Below are positions 20,542 through 30,482 of a stretch of DNA of 64,000 bases, piece by piece. The notes beneath the pieces are model-generated. The model was not told the DNA's origin, searched no databases, and was given only the letters and a program-made list of their open reading frames with translations. The stretch covers positions 608,001-672,000 of the forward strand of contig CBDCKW010000005.1 of assembly GCA_965218435.1 (NCBI GenBank). Direction: 5' to 3'. This DNA comes from Truepera sp. GTDB taxonomy: Bacteria > Deinococcota > Deinococci > Deinococcales > Trueperaceae. A program made the position numbers and the translations under genes. Positions within the stretch are counted from its first letter, which is position 1; the number at the start of each line of letters is the position of its first letter.

Positions 20542-21681
20542 TTACCACTCTGCCAAGCTGCCGTCTGGGTGATACCAAACCGGGTTACGCCAGCGGTGCT
20601 TGTTCTTGCTCAGTTCGCGTACCAGGGCTTCATCGATGTCAAGCCCGAGTCCTGGACCAGTAGGAATCTCTAAAAAGCCCTCACGAGGCGTTAACACCTC
20701 TGGGTTAGTGAGGTAAGTCAGTAAGTCGTGGGTTTCGTTGTAGTGAATGCCTAAGGATATTTCCTGCAGTACGACGTTGGGGGTGCAAGCGGCCAGCTGC
20801 AAACACGAAGCCAACGCCAGCGGCCCTAAAGGACAGTGAGGAGCCACGGCCACATCATAGGCTTCAGCCATCGCGCTAATCTTTTTGGTCTCCAAGATAC
20901 CGCCTGCGTGGGACAGGTCGGGTTGAATCACGTCGATAAAACCGCTTGCCAGAAAGGGTTTGAAACCCCAGCGGCTGTAGACGCGCTCGCCCAAAGCAAT
21001 CGGGATGCTACTAAGTTGCGACAACTCCTGCAACGCCTCGAGATGGTCGCTCAACAAAGGTTCTTCGACAAACAAGGGCTGGAGGGGCTCGAGCCGCTTT
21101 AGTAGCTGCTTGGCCATCGGCTTATGAACCCGACCGTGGAAATCGATACCTACGTCGAGCCCCTCTCCCTTCACCGCTTCGACGCGCGCCGTGACCTCCT
21201 CAAATGCACGTGGGCCTTCGAGATAACCCAGTTCGGCGGTCGCGTTCATCTTGACCGCCTTGAAGCCTTGAGCCTTACGGGCGCGGGTAGCCTCCGCTAC
21301 CTCCTGGGGCCGGTCGCCGCCAATCCAGGCATAGGCCTGAACGCGTTCACGCACCCGGCCCCCCAGCATCTCCCAGACGGGCAGCCCCAGCGCCTTGCCC
21401 TTGAGGTCCCAGAGGGCCTGCTCAACGCCGGAAAGCGCGGACATGAGCACGGGGCCGCCCCGGTAGAAGCCGCCGCGGTAGCCGATTTGCCAGAGGGCTT
21501 CGATGCAGAACGGATCCTGACCAAGAAACCTGTCCTTGAGCGCCTCGAGCGCGCCGTCGACGGCCTCGGCGTAGCCCTCTAAACTTGCCTCGCCCCACCC
21601 CACCACGCCCTCATCACTTTCGACGCGCACAAAAAGCCAACGTGGTGGGGTGTAAAAGGTCTCAATTTGGGCAATCTTCAT
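20542..21681 (-). CDS. dgoD: D-galactonate dehydratase
   Basis: PRWLFVRVE, FYRGGPVLMSA, WIGGDRP, KMNAT, DFHGR, PHCPLGP, WRNP..DGS.AEW. Confidence 0.9.
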   Translation of the reverse strand: MKIAQIETFYTPPRWLFVRVESDEGVVGWGEASLEGYAEAVDGALEALKDRFLGQDPFCIEALWQIGYRGGFYRGGPVLMSALSGVEQALWDLKGKALGLPVWEMLGGRVRERVQAYAWIGGDRPQEVAEATRARKAQGFKAVKMNATAELGYLEGPRAFEEVTARVEAVKGEGLDVGIDFHGRVHKPMAKQLLKRLEPLQPLFVEEPLLSDHLEALQELSQLSSIPIALGERVYSRWGFKPFLASGFIDVIQPDLSHAGGILETKKISAMAEAYDVAVAPHCPLGPLALASCLQLAACTPNVVLQEISLGIHYNETHDLLTYLTNPEVLTPREGFLEIPTGPGLGLDIDEALVRELSKNKHRWRNPVWYHPDGSLAEW

Positions 21682-22667
21682 CCTGGCCTCCTTGTGGTGA
21701 GTTGAGCCTCGAGCCACCAGCTACGCGCGCCGCCGGGAGGCAGCAGCGCATATTGGTTATGGGGTTCAACCGCCTCCTCGAGTGAGTCCTGAGCGCCGAT
21801 GCAGGGTTCTAAAGCGAGGTTGTAGTAGGGCTCGCCGCCCGTGCCCGACCAAGCCCCCGCGTTTAGCCATAGGCCCAACTGGGGAATCAGCGCCGGGTCG
21901 AAGCCAAAACGAAATGCGCCGTCTTCTGCCTCTAAACTCGCCCAACCCTGAGCGAGCGGCTCGCTCCAGACCTTGAAGGCTACCTCGGCGGAGGCGTCCG
22001 GCAAGTGGGTCAAATCATAGCTTTTCTCACCATTTCTGACCGCTAGCGGCCAAGAAAGATGCGTATCCTTTTGAACGTTGGTCGGCGCTACCTCCAGATA
22101 AATGTGCAGTTTCGCGTCATCGGGTACGCACACCCTCATTCCGGGCTCAATTGCAAACAAGGGATGGGCGCTCCAGATAAAAGCGATGTCGTCATCTGCT
22201 TGGCTCGCAACCTGGTAGTCGAAACGAAGGGTATCCGACGCCTCCTCTATCCGGATGGTGCGGCTGAAGGTGTAAGGTAGGGCAACCCCGTGACCTTTTG
22301 TACGCAGCTCGAGCCCGTTTCTGAATTCTTTAAGGGTCGTCACCCACGCCTGCGACCAGAGTTCGCCGTGGTCGGGCAGAGGTGTCCCCCGCCAGGGCTC
22401 GAGCGGGTAACGGCACGGGGCCACGGTCGGAAAGCACTCGTCCCAGCCACCGGTATCGGCTTTTCCAACGTAGGACGTCCCGTAACTGTGCTCTTGATAG
22501 GGAAGCTGTTCGTTCGCCCACAACCACTCGCGCCCACTCCGAAGGTCGCGGAGACTGCTGAGCTTGCCACCAAGCTCGGGGATGAGGGTCAAAGAAATAA
22601 GGTCGTTCGCCACCGTATACGCGCTAAAGCCCTGCACCGTTGCCTCGGCAAGCTCGAGCGAGGCCAT
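21678..22667 (-). CDS. Galactose mutarotase-like fold protein
   Basis: GGWDECFPTV, LPDHGELW, WSAHPLF, NLALEPC. Confidence 0.75.
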   Translation of the reverse strand: MASLELAEATVQGFSAYTVANDLISLTLIPELGGKLSSLRDLRSGREWLWANEQLPYQEHSYGTSYVGKADTGGWDECFPTVAPCRYPLEPWRGTPLPDHGELWSQAWVTTLKEFRNGLELRTKGHGVALPYTFSRTIRIEEASDTLRFDYQVASQADDDIAFIWSAHPLFAIEPGMRVCVPDDAKLHIYLEVAPTNVQKDTHLSWPLAVRNGEKSYDLTHLPDASAEVAFKVWSEPLAQGWASLEAEDGAFRFGFDPALIPQLGLWLNAGAWSGTGGEPYYNLALEPCIGAQDSLEEAVEPHNQYALLPPGGARSWWLEAQLTTRRPG

Positions 22668-22710
22668 TAACGACCGCCCAACGGGTTTGCGCAAACATGA
22701 GCAGCGTGCA

Positions 22711-23730
22711 TTAGCGCTCCTTCACCGGCAGTCGAACCTGCGGTTGACTGTCGCTCAACGTGTTCAGCTCATTGGCGTCGTAGGGGCTGCCATCCGGGTG
22801 CAAGACGTCGTGTTGCCACAGTTCGGGCGTGGGATCACCTGGTTCGGAGCCCCAGAGCAGGTAGGTCTGCGTGCGTCCCGCAACGAGGCCCCAGTGGTAC
22901 CAGCCGACCTGATAAGCGTCGAACAGGGGCAAAATAGCCGCAAACGTATTGCCGCGTGGGCGGTGCAACCATTCGGTGCAGAGCAGCGGGCGTTCAAACG
23001 CGGCGCAACGCTCGAGCGTTTCTTTCACGCCTTCGGGACCTTCATAGCTGTGAAAGCTAACAACGTCAGACAAGGCGAACATGCGCTGACTCATCGAACT
23101 GTCGAAGTCCACCCAGGGTCCAACCGTCAAAGGTTGCGAAGGCCCGGCCTCTCGCGCCCACACAAAGGTCGCCTCGACCAGAGGAAGACTTTTCTCGCCC
23201 ATGGTGGAGTTGCCGGGTTCGTTGTACAGGTCCCAGACGATGATGCGCTCGTCCTCAGCAAACGTACCGACGATATCCTTGACGTAGTGCTCGAGCCCAG
23301 GCCAAACCGAGCGATCGGTGACACGTTCCAATCCAGGGCTCGGGACCCAGCCGCTGTTGTGAACCCCCGGAACGGGCTCGTCTTGTCTGCCCAGGTACGG
23401 TTCCCTACTCGCAAAAGCGCAGTCGTCGAAGAGGACGGGCATGGTGCTGAGGCCGTAGCGTGCTGCGGTCGCAAGAAAAGTTTGAAAACGCGCCTTGAAG
23501 CTCTCCAGGTCGTCGGCCCACACGAGGTACTGAAGAAAAACCCGAACGCTGGTGTAGCCAATGCTTTTAGCCCACCTCAGTTCCTCATCAATCGTGGTTA
23601 AATCGAACGAACCGGCCTGCCACATCTCCGTGTCGTTAACGGCGGTTCGGGGCAAATAGTTACAGCCTCGGATGGGGCCTGCAGCGTCGTACCACGCCCA
23701 AGCGCGTTGCGAAGTCCACATCTTCGTCAC
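22711..23730 (-). CDS. Glycoside hydrolase, clan GH-A (GH5-like), cytoplasmic
   Basis: WDLYNEP acid/base, SFHSY, LCTEW nucleophile. No signal peptide. Confidence 0.8.
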   Translation of the reverse strand: MTKMWTSQRAWAWYDAAGPIRGCNYLPRTAVNDTEMWQAGSFDLTTIDEELRWAKSIGYTSVRVFLQYLVWADDLESFKARFQTFLATAARYGLSTMPVLFDDCAFASREPYLGRQDEPVPGVHNSGWVPSPGLERVTDRSVWPGLEHYVKDIVGTFAEDERIIVWDLYNEPGNSTMGEKSLPLVEATFVWAREAGPSQPLTVGPWVDFDSSMSQRMFALSDVVSFHSYEGPEGVKETLERCAAFERPLLCTEWLHRPRGNTFAAILPLFDAYQVGWYHWGLVAGRTQTYLLWGSEPGDPTPELWQHDVLHPDGSPYDANELNTLSDSQPQVRLPVKER

Positions 23731-23815
23731 AACCCCCTCACCTTAGCGTTGCGTCTCTTAGACAGCTATCTTTCACCGATGTCTCCCTTACAAAGAGTTC
23801 GTTACGCACACAGGT

Positions 23816-24673
23816 CTAACCTTTCATACCTGAGGTCGCCACACCCCTTACAAAGTAGCGTTGAAGCAGGAGGAAGAAGATGACCGCGGGCAGGGTTGCA
23901 GCGACCGCCGACGCCATCACGACGCCTTGTTTCATTGACATACCCGCCCCACCGACGAGGGTCGCCAGACCGACGGGCAGCGTCCGGGTGGCGTCCGTGT
24001 TGGTGACGATCAGGGGCCAAAAAAAGTTGTTCCAACTCGAGACAAAGGTAAAAATGGCGACGGTGACAATGGCCGGACGGGAGAGCGGCAACAGGATGCG
24101 CCAAAAAAAGCCGAACTTGGTGCAGCCGTCAATGACGGAGGCGTCCTCGAGTTCTTTGGGAACCGCCTGAAAAAACTGGCTAAACAAAAAGACCCCAAAG
24201 GCGTTGGCCGCGAGCGGCACCGACAAACTGAAATAGCTGTCGGAGAGTCCCAAACGGCTTAAACCCAAAAAGAGTGGGACGAGCAGAATCTCGTAGGGAA
24301 GCAAAAAGGTCGCCAGAATCGTGAGGAGTACCACGCGCCGCCCCCGAAACTGCATCCGCGCTAGCGGATACGCGGCTAGCGCGTCGATGACGAGCGTAAG
24401 CGAGGTCGTGATGACCGCGACGATCAAACTATTTTTGAACCAGGTGAGCATGGGGAAACGTTGAAACAGCGCCGTGTAATAGTTGAGGGTGGGGTGATCG
24501 GGCAGCCACTTGATCGGATACCGGAAAATCTCTGACTCGGGTTTGAGCGAGGTGACTAGCATCCATAAAAAGGGCGCACCAAAGAGAATAGCGACAACGA
24601 GGAGCAGTAGGTAAGACGCTAGACGGCCCACCGAGATACCCTTTAGCTTGGGGCGAGCGCTTTGCATGTGCAC
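23816..24673 (-). CDS. Carbohydrate ABC transporter permease (MalG-like)
   Basis: PKELEDASVIDG EAA loop, WNNFFWP, QRYFVRG. Confidence 0.93.
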   Translation of the reverse strand: MHMQSARPKLKGISVGRLASYLLLLVVAILFGAPFLWMLVTSLKPESEIFRYPIKWLPDHPTLNYYTALFQRFPMLTWFKNSLIVAVITTSLTLVIDALAAYPLARMQFRGRRVVLLTILATFLLPYEILLVPLFLGLSRLGLSDSYFSLSVPLAANAFGVFLFSQFFQAVPKELEDASVIDGCTKFGFFWRILLPLSRPAIVTVAIFTFVSSWNNFFWPLIVTNTDATRTLPVGLATLVGGAGMSMKQGVVMASAVAATLPAVIFFLLLQRYFVRGVATSGMKG

Positions 24674-24676
24674 CTC

Positions 24677-25600
24677 CTAAAGAACCCGCATGGCCCGGAG
24701 TTGAACGACGGTGAAGACGAGGGTGATAAGCAGCAAAATCACCGCAGCGGCGGACGCGGGTCCCATCTGAAAGTTTTGAAAAGCCGACAAGTAGATGTAC
24801 TGGGCCATCACAAAGGTGCTCGCTCCGGGTCCTCCTTGCGTCATCACAAAAGCTTGACCAAAAACCCGCCACGACGAAACGATAGTTAAGGGGATGACAA
24901 ACGCGTTCACAGGCAGCAGCAGAGGCAGGGTGATAAAGCGAAAGCGCGCCCAAGCGTTGGCCCCGTCGAGTTTACCGGCGTCGAAAAGCTCCTCGGGGAT
25001 ATCCTGCAAGCCCGCCAAGTAGATAATCATGTTGACGTTGACCGTCCACCAAAGGGTGGTGAGGGCGAGCGCAGGCATGGACCAATGCGCGTCGGTAAGC
25101 CAGCCGATGTGAGGAATCCCAAATAAGCTCAGGTAATAGTTGATGAGCCCCGTTGCTTTGTCGTAAAGCCACACCCACAAAATACCGACTGCCGACACCA
25201 TAACGACGTAGGGCAGAAAAACGACCGTTCGGACGAGGTTGGTCCCCTTGAGTTTTTGGTTGAGGAGGAGCGCGAGGGCGAGACCCACGACAACGAGTGG
25301 CACAGCCGTCAGCACCATAAAGTAAAACGTATTGAGAATCGACCTGAGAAAAAGCCGGTCGGTAAAAATTTGCTTGTAGTTGGCCCATCCGGCCCAACTG
25401 GGCGCGCCCAAGATGTCCCAGTGGGTAAAGCTGATGGCGATACCCACCACGGCCGGCAGCAGCATGAACACGAAAAAAATAGCCAGGTAGGGGGTCATGA
25501 ACAAGTAGGCCGACACACCGTCCCATACACGTCTGCGCGCCGCTCCTTTGCTCGGGGCGCGCGCGCGCGACGTCTGCTTACCATAGTCGTTAAGCGCCAT
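24677..25600 (-). CDS. Carbohydrate ABC transporter permease (MalF-like)
   Basis: LAGLQDIPEELFDAGKLDGA, MTQGGP. Confidence 0.93.
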   Translation of the reverse strand: MALNDYGKQTSRARAPSKGAARRRVWDGVSAYLFMTPYLAIFFVFMLLPAVVGIAISFTHWDILGAPSWAGWANYKQIFTDRLFLRSILNTFYFMVLTAVPLVVVGLALALLLNQKLKGTNLVRTVVFLPYVVMVSAVGILWVWLYDKATGLINYYLSLFGIPHIGWLTDAHWSMPALALTTLWWTVNVNMIIYLAGLQDIPEELFDAGKLDGANAWARFRFITLPLLLPVNAFVIPLTIVSSWRVFGQAFVMTQGGPGASTFVMAQYIYLSAFQNFQMGPASAAAVILLLITLVFTVVQLRAMRVL

Positions 25601-25653
25601 ACCAACCTTTCAAAACCGAGGTGACCTAAAAAATCAGCTCGAGCCGCGCGGAT

Positions 25654-27003
25654 TCAGGGCTGGGCGAGCTGGTCGTCGATACCCGCTTTCATGTCTACCA
25701 GCGCCTGCTCAACCGTCTTTGAGCGACTGAGCGCGGCTTCTAGGTTGATCGACAGGGGCGTGGGTTTGGCAAACGAGAAGATTTGCGTGTATTGCGGGAG
25801 TGAGGGCTCGAACACGACGTACGGCAATTCTTTAATAAACGCTTTGTAGTAGGCGTAGCGGGCGTCGTCGGTAAAGGTCGGGCTGCTTCGCGCGGCCGGG
25901 GACAGCGGAATAATCCCCACCGTCTTAGCGGGTATGGCGTAGTTTTCGTAAAACCACGTGATGAACGCCATATTGTCTTGGTATTTATCGGTGTTGCGCT
26001 GCTTGGGAATAGACATGCAGTGCGCGTTGCCCCAAGTAGCGGGCTGTGAGCCGACTACAGGCAGGGGCGCTGTGGCGAAGTTCAGACCCTGACTCATGCG
26101 CAAGTTAACCTCCCACGGGCCGATGAAGCGAATGGCAACCTGCTTGGCAGCAAACGCGTCGTTGCCGCTTAAGCCTCCCGTACCTTGATTGGCTACTTTA
26201 TGGTCATAAATGAGGTCGACGAGAAACTGGAGCGCCTGCTGCGACGCCTCGCTGTCGACCGCGGTTTTGCCCTGCTCGTCAAGAAAGCTGCCGCCAAACT
26301 GATGAAGCAAGCTGAACCACAGCCAGCGAGGAATCGCGCCGGTCGTGGGTAAGTCGACGCCGTACTGCGTCACGCTGCCGCTCGCGTCGGTGATAGTCAG
26401 CTTCTGGGTCCAGTCGAGAAACGCGTCGCGCGTGGTGGGCGGCTGGTCCGGGTCGAGGCCCGCAGCGTTCACCATGTCCAGGTTGTAGTACATGCCCAGG
26501 GGGTGGACGTCCCCTGGTACCGCGTAGAGCTGGCCTTGCCACTGCGACGCCCCAAGCACCGCCGCAGGCACATCCGAAATGTCGAGGTTCGCCTCCCGCA
26601 CAAGGTCGCCTATGGGTACGGTCATCCCGCGTTTGGCAAACTCAGGGATTTCGGACACATGGTGAAGAACGAGGTCTGGTGCCCCCCCCGACGCGGCCGA
26701 GATGACCCACTTGCTAAACAAGGTGTCCCACTCGAAAGCCGTGGGTTCGATGGTCAAGCCAAGACTGTTTTGCTTGTCAAAGAGGGTAAGGACGTCGTTG
26801 AGGGCGGTGGTATTGTCCGCCCCCGTCCAGCCGTGCCAGAGCGACAGCGTCGTTGCTGCACTTTGCGCTCGCACCGGAGATCCTAAAAATGTACCCGCGC
26901 CTACCGAAAACCCTAGGGCCAGCGCACCTACCAGAAAATCTCGACGAGAAATTTTCCCCTCGAGCCACGCCTGTAAAAGCGCCTGCTTGTCGTTCGTCGC
27001 CAT
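25654..27003 (-). CDS. Oligosaccharide ABC substrate-binding protein (family 1) with Tat signal
   Basis: SRRDFL twin-arginine motif, LWHGWTGAD, GMYYNLD, GPW. Confidence 0.88.
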   Translation of the reverse strand: MATNDKQALLQAWLEGKISRRDFLVGALALGFSVGAGTFLGSPVRAQSAATTLSLWHGWTGADNTTALNDVLTLFDKQNSLGLTIEPTAFEWDTLFSKWVISAASGGAPDLVLHHVSEIPEFAKRGMTVPIGDLVREANLDISDVPAAVLGASQWQGQLYAVPGDVHPLGMYYNLDMVNAAGLDPDQPPTTRDAFLDWTQKLTITDASGSVTQYGVDLPTTGAIPRWLWFSLLHQFGGSFLDEQGKTAVDSEASQQALQFLVDLIYDHKVANQGTGGLSGNDAFAAKQVAIRFIGPWEVNLRMSQGLNFATAPLPVVGSQPATWGNAHCMSIPKQRNTDKYQDNMAFITWFYENYAIPAKTVGIIPLSPAARSSPTFTDDARYAYYKAFIKELPYVVFEPSLPQYTQIFSFAKPTPLSINLEAALSRSKTVEQALVDMKAGIDDQLAQP

Positions 27004-27133
27004 AACCTTTCCTCCAAACTCCCTAACTCGAAGTGTTTTTTACCCGCCTATTTAGAAGACGGCGTCTCCTCTGAAATAGAGACGAGCTCAAGGTCTTTAG
27101 CTACCATTTAGTAACACTCGCTGATCGTAAAAT

Positions 27134-27176
27134 AGTATAGTGATATGATGAATATTTGTCAAGTGGTATGATGAAT
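27134..27176 (-). promoter_or_regulatory. Sigma70 promoter (TTGACA-17-TATACT) of the transport operon overlapped by two direct repeats AGTGRTATGATGAAT
   Basis: On the minus strand, -35 at 27162-27157 and -10 at 27139-27134. Repeats at 27139-27153 and 27162-27176. Divergent FadR gene adjacent. Confidence 0.7.
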
Positions 27177-27252
27177 TGTAATACGATTAGGTAATTTAGC
27201 AGATAGTCAGTAGCTGCTCGAGATAAAACACTTTTAAGGAGGTCGTTAAAGG

Positions 27253-27993
27253 ATGAGGGCTGAGGCAAGGACATCCGAATTCGAACGCGTCGACAGCCAA
27301 CCTTTATATCAGCGGGTCGTCCAGCAGGTGACCAGTCAGATTGTCGGCGGTATCTTAGCGCCCGGCTCTTCTCTTCCTGTCGAGACTGAGCTGTCGCAGC
27401 AATTTGGGGTGAGCCGAACCGTCATTCGTGAAGCGGTGCGGATACTTGCTTCCAAAGGACTCATTTCCGTGCGGCAGGGAAGCGGTATGCGGGTTCAGTC
27501 ACCAGAGAGCTGGAACTATCTCGATCCTTTGGTGCTGTTTGAGCAGGTGCGGTGGGGTCATGGAGAGCTGCTCAATGAAGTGCTCGAGGTGCGCTACATC
27601 TTAGAAGTCGAGGTCGCGGCCTTAGCAGCCAAGCGGCGCACACCGGAAGATTTAGCCGCCATGCGAACATCCCTAGCGGGCATGGACAAGTATCTTGATG
27701 ACCCTGACATCTTTACCGAGTTTGATGTTAAGTTCCATGAACACGTCCTTATCGCGGCCCGAAACCGCCTTTTGCGCGAAGCCATGAAGCCGGTTGCCGA
27801 GACGCTGCAAACAGGGCGTTCAATCACCAATCGGCTCTCCGGCGGGGCCGAGGCTTCGATGGTCGGTCACCGCGAAATTTATGACGCCATCGAAGCTCAA
27901 GACGCCGTGTCCGCCCGTGACGCGACGGGGCGTCACGTCAAACAGTTTGAACATGACATTCGCGTCAGCCTTCGCGCTAACCTGTCTAAGTGA
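27253..27993 (+). CDS. GntR/FadR-family regulator (FCD domain)
   Basis: LPVETELSQQFGVSRTVIREA, DVKFH..NRLL, H..IYDAI. Confidence 0.92.
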   Translation: MRAEARTSEFERVDSQPLYQRVVQQVTSQIVGGILAPGSSLPVETELSQQFGVSRTVIREAVRILASKGLISVRQGSGMRVQSPESWNYLDPLVLFEQVRWGHGELLNEVLEVRYILEVEVAALAAKRRTPEDLAAMRTSLAGMDKYLDDPDIFTEFDVKFHEHVLIAARNRLLREAMKPVAETLQTGRSITNRLSGGAEASMVGHREIYDAIEAQDAVSARDATGRHVKQFEHDIRVSLRANLSK

Positions 27994-28769
27994 CCGAGAT
28001 GAAGGGGGCTCTCCACAACAAACGCATCCTCATCACGGGGGGAACAAGCGGTATCGGGCAGGCCGTTGCCGTCAGCGCAGCTCGAGCAGGTGCGGATGTC
28101 GCGTTTTGTGGTCTCACTGAAGAGGGCGCTGCTGAAACTGTCAAGGCTGTCGAGCAGGCTGGACGAAGGGCTTACTTCCAAGCCTTGGACTTGAGTGACC
28201 TAAACGCGGCGCGCCGTTTTACTCGAGCTGCCGTTGACCAGTTGGGCGGCGTGGACGGTCTCGTCAACAACGCGGGCACCAACTTCTTTCATGGTGTCTT
28301 GGAAGCCACCAAAGAGGACATCGAGCGCTGTTTCGCCGTAGACTTCTATCCCGCCTGGGCCATGAGTCAAGAAGTCTACCCTACGCTTAAGGCGGCAGGG
28401 GGTGGGGTCATCGTCAACGTCGCCTCCGTTCACGCCGAGCGAACCTCCCCCGGCGCGTTTCCCTATAACGCCGCCAAAGCCGCGCTCGTCGCTCTGACTA
28501 AGTCGCAGGCGCTCGAGTGGGGCGGGGACAACATCCGGGCCGTGGTCCTAGCCCCCGCGTTTATCCTTACCCCGCTCGCGCAGGCTTATCTTGATGAGCA
28601 GGAACAACCTAAGGAGGCCCTGAGAGAGCTTGAGGAGGATCACCCCATTGGGCGCGTCGGTCAACCCGAGGACGTGGCCTCGCTGGTTGTCTACCTTTTG
28701 AGCGACGTAAACCGCTTCATTACCGGCAGTGCTATCCTCGTTGACGGCGGCGTGAGCGCAAAACTCTAA
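27990..28769 (+). CDS. SDR oxidoreductase (sugar dehydrogenase-like)
   Basis: TGGTSGIG, NNAG, FPYNAAK. Confidence 0.88.
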   Translation: MTEMKGALHNKRILITGGTSGIGQAVAVSAARAGADVAFCGLTEEGAAETVKAVEQAGRRAYFQALDLSDLNAARRFTRAAVDQLGGVDGLVNNAGTNFFHGVLEATKEDIERCFAVDFYPAWAMSQEVYPTLKAAGGGVIVNVASVHAERTSPGAFPYNAAKAALVALTKSQALEWGGDNIRAVVLAPAFILTPLAQAYLDEQEQPKEALRELEEDHPIGRVGQPEDVASLVVYLLSDVNRFITGSAILVDGGVSAKL

Positions 28770-28781
28770 AAGGAGGAAAAG

Positions 28782-29600
28782 GTGTTAACCGAAAAGCGCG
28801 TTGAAACGGGTGAAACGACGCTCAACTACGCCGAAGGCCCAGCGGTGGGCCCACCGCTGGTGTTGCTCCACGGGTTGACTGGGTGGTGGCGCAGTATGCA
28901 TCCCCTAATGGCACGGCTGTCGCCCGCGTGGCACATCTACGCCTGTGATTTGCGCGGTCACGGCAAATCTGGCTGGGTTGCGGGCCGTTACCGGGTGACA
29001 GATTATGCGCAGGACATTTCCGCTTTTATCCAGGCCACCGTGCCCGAGCCGGTCGTCTTGCTCGGACACTCCTTGGGGGCCTTGACGGCGCTTGCTACTG
29101 CGTCTCGAGTCCCAGAGCATGTGCGCGCTCTGGTACTGCTCGACCCGCCGCTTTTCAATCGCGATACCAGTATCGACACGACCCCCGAGTTCAGAGACTG
29201 GTTCAGCTGGGTTTACGAAACGGTGCGTTCAGAGCGCTCATATGAGGACGTGGTCGCCCGCTGCCAAGCTCTGATGCCGGAGGCGAACGAGGCCAGCGTC
29301 AAGGCACTGGCCGACCAAATCCGCAGAGTTGCGCCGGACACGGTGGACACTGCCCTTCACGATGGGCTATTTAGTGGCTTTAATCTCGAGGACGCTTTGC
29401 GACACGTAGCGTGTCCGACCCTGCTCCTTTACGGTGAGTGGGCTTGCGGTGCAGCAATGCGCGATGAGGATGCCGCCTTCGTACGAGCCAACCTTGCATC
29501 GGCCGTGATTGTCAAGCTGCCGAACGCCGGTCACCAGCTTTACGAGCAGGAGACGGAAACCGTTCTGCGCCACCTGGAAGTTTTTCTCGCGTCAAGCTGA
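28782..29600 (+). CDS. Alpha/beta hydrolase
   Basis: LLHG, DLRGHGKS, GHSLG nucleophile elbow, AGH. Confidence 0.88.
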   Translation: MLTEKRVETGETTLNYAEGPAVGPPLVLLHGLTGWWRSMHPLMARLSPAWHIYACDLRGHGKSGWVAGRYRVTDYAQDISAFIQATVPEPVVLLGHSLGALTALATASRVPEHVRALVLLDPPLFNRDTSIDTTPEFRDWFSWVYETVRSERSYEDVVARCQALMPEANEASVKALADQIRRVAPDTVDTALHDGLFSGFNLEDALRHVACPTLLLYGEWACGAAMRDEDAAFVRANLASAVIVKLPNAGHQLYEQETETVLRHLEVFLASS

Positions 29601-29689
29601 TCTAAGTCTGAGACCTTTGCCTGAGAACATCTTGGTAGTTCACTCGTCCGCTTGGCTAGAGATCGCTATTTTCTGAAGAAAGGGAACCT

Positions 29690-30394
29690 TTGTTCACACT
29701 TCTTTCTTATACTTTCGGTCCCGGCACACCGACTTTTGGCAACAATCCACCGATCGAGGTCAACGTCGTGTCTAGCATCGCGGAGGGCGGGGTCGCCAAC
29801 TGGCTGGAATTTAAGACCATCAACCATAACGGTACCCACATTGACGCGCCCTACCACTTCGACCCTATGGGCAAACGCCTCACCGATTTAGACGTCAACG
29901 AGCTTGTTTTCAAGGCCCCGGTAATCGTCGATATTCCAAAAGAGGATGGAGAACTCGTTACGGCCGACGACCTGAGGCAGCATGACGAGGGAATAGCGGA
30001 GGCGGATTTGCTGCTCCTTCGCACGGGCTGGGGGGCTCAGCATCGGGCTACCGATCCCGTACGCTACGGTCGCCACGCGCCGGGCTTTGCCGCTTCAGCC
30101 GGGCTTTATCTTTTGGGAGAGCAACCAAGCTTACGGGCCATCGCTATGGATTTGCCCTCAGCCGCTTCACCCGTCAGTGGACAGCCTAACGAGGAGGGGC
30201 TCGAGTTCCACCGGATCGTCCTAGGTACCTATAGAAGCCCGGAGGAACGCTACCTTTTGCTGATCGAGGATGTCCGTATCGAACTGGACTTAGACGTAAC
30301 GCAGTTCCAGCGCATCATTGTCTCTCCCCTCTGGCTCGAGGGTGCTGACGCCGCACCTGTGACTATCTTAGCGGAATTCAGGCATGGCGGTTGA
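29690..30394 (+). CDS. Cyclase family (kynurenine formamidase-like) metal hydrolase
   Basis: HNGTHIDAPYHF motif, LLLRTGW, IIE-like LIED, GADAAP. Confidence 0.85.
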   Translation: MFTLLSYTFGPGTPTFGNNPPIEVNVVSSIAEGGVANWLEFKTINHNGTHIDAPYHFDPMGKRLTDLDVNELVFKAPVIVDIPKEDGELVTADDLRQHDEGIAEADLLLLRTGWGAQHRATDPVRYGRHAPGFAASAGLYLLGEQPSLRAIAMDLPSAASPVSGQPNEEGLEFHRIVLGTYRSPEERYLLLIEDVRIELDLDVTQFQRIIVSPLWLEGADAAPVTILAEFRHGG

Positions 30395-30482
30395 ACAAGA
30401 GTCTCGCTTATCAATGAAACTTCATACTGCAAGCAGTTTCAAGCAGCCGTAAGAGATTTCTCGGTGGCTTCGCCGGCCCCCT

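Noticed and set aside
22564..23601. 345-aa plus-strand ORF
   Set aside because: Antisense shadow of the GH5-like gene with no recognisable motifs. The same applies to the many other antisense ORFs in the track.
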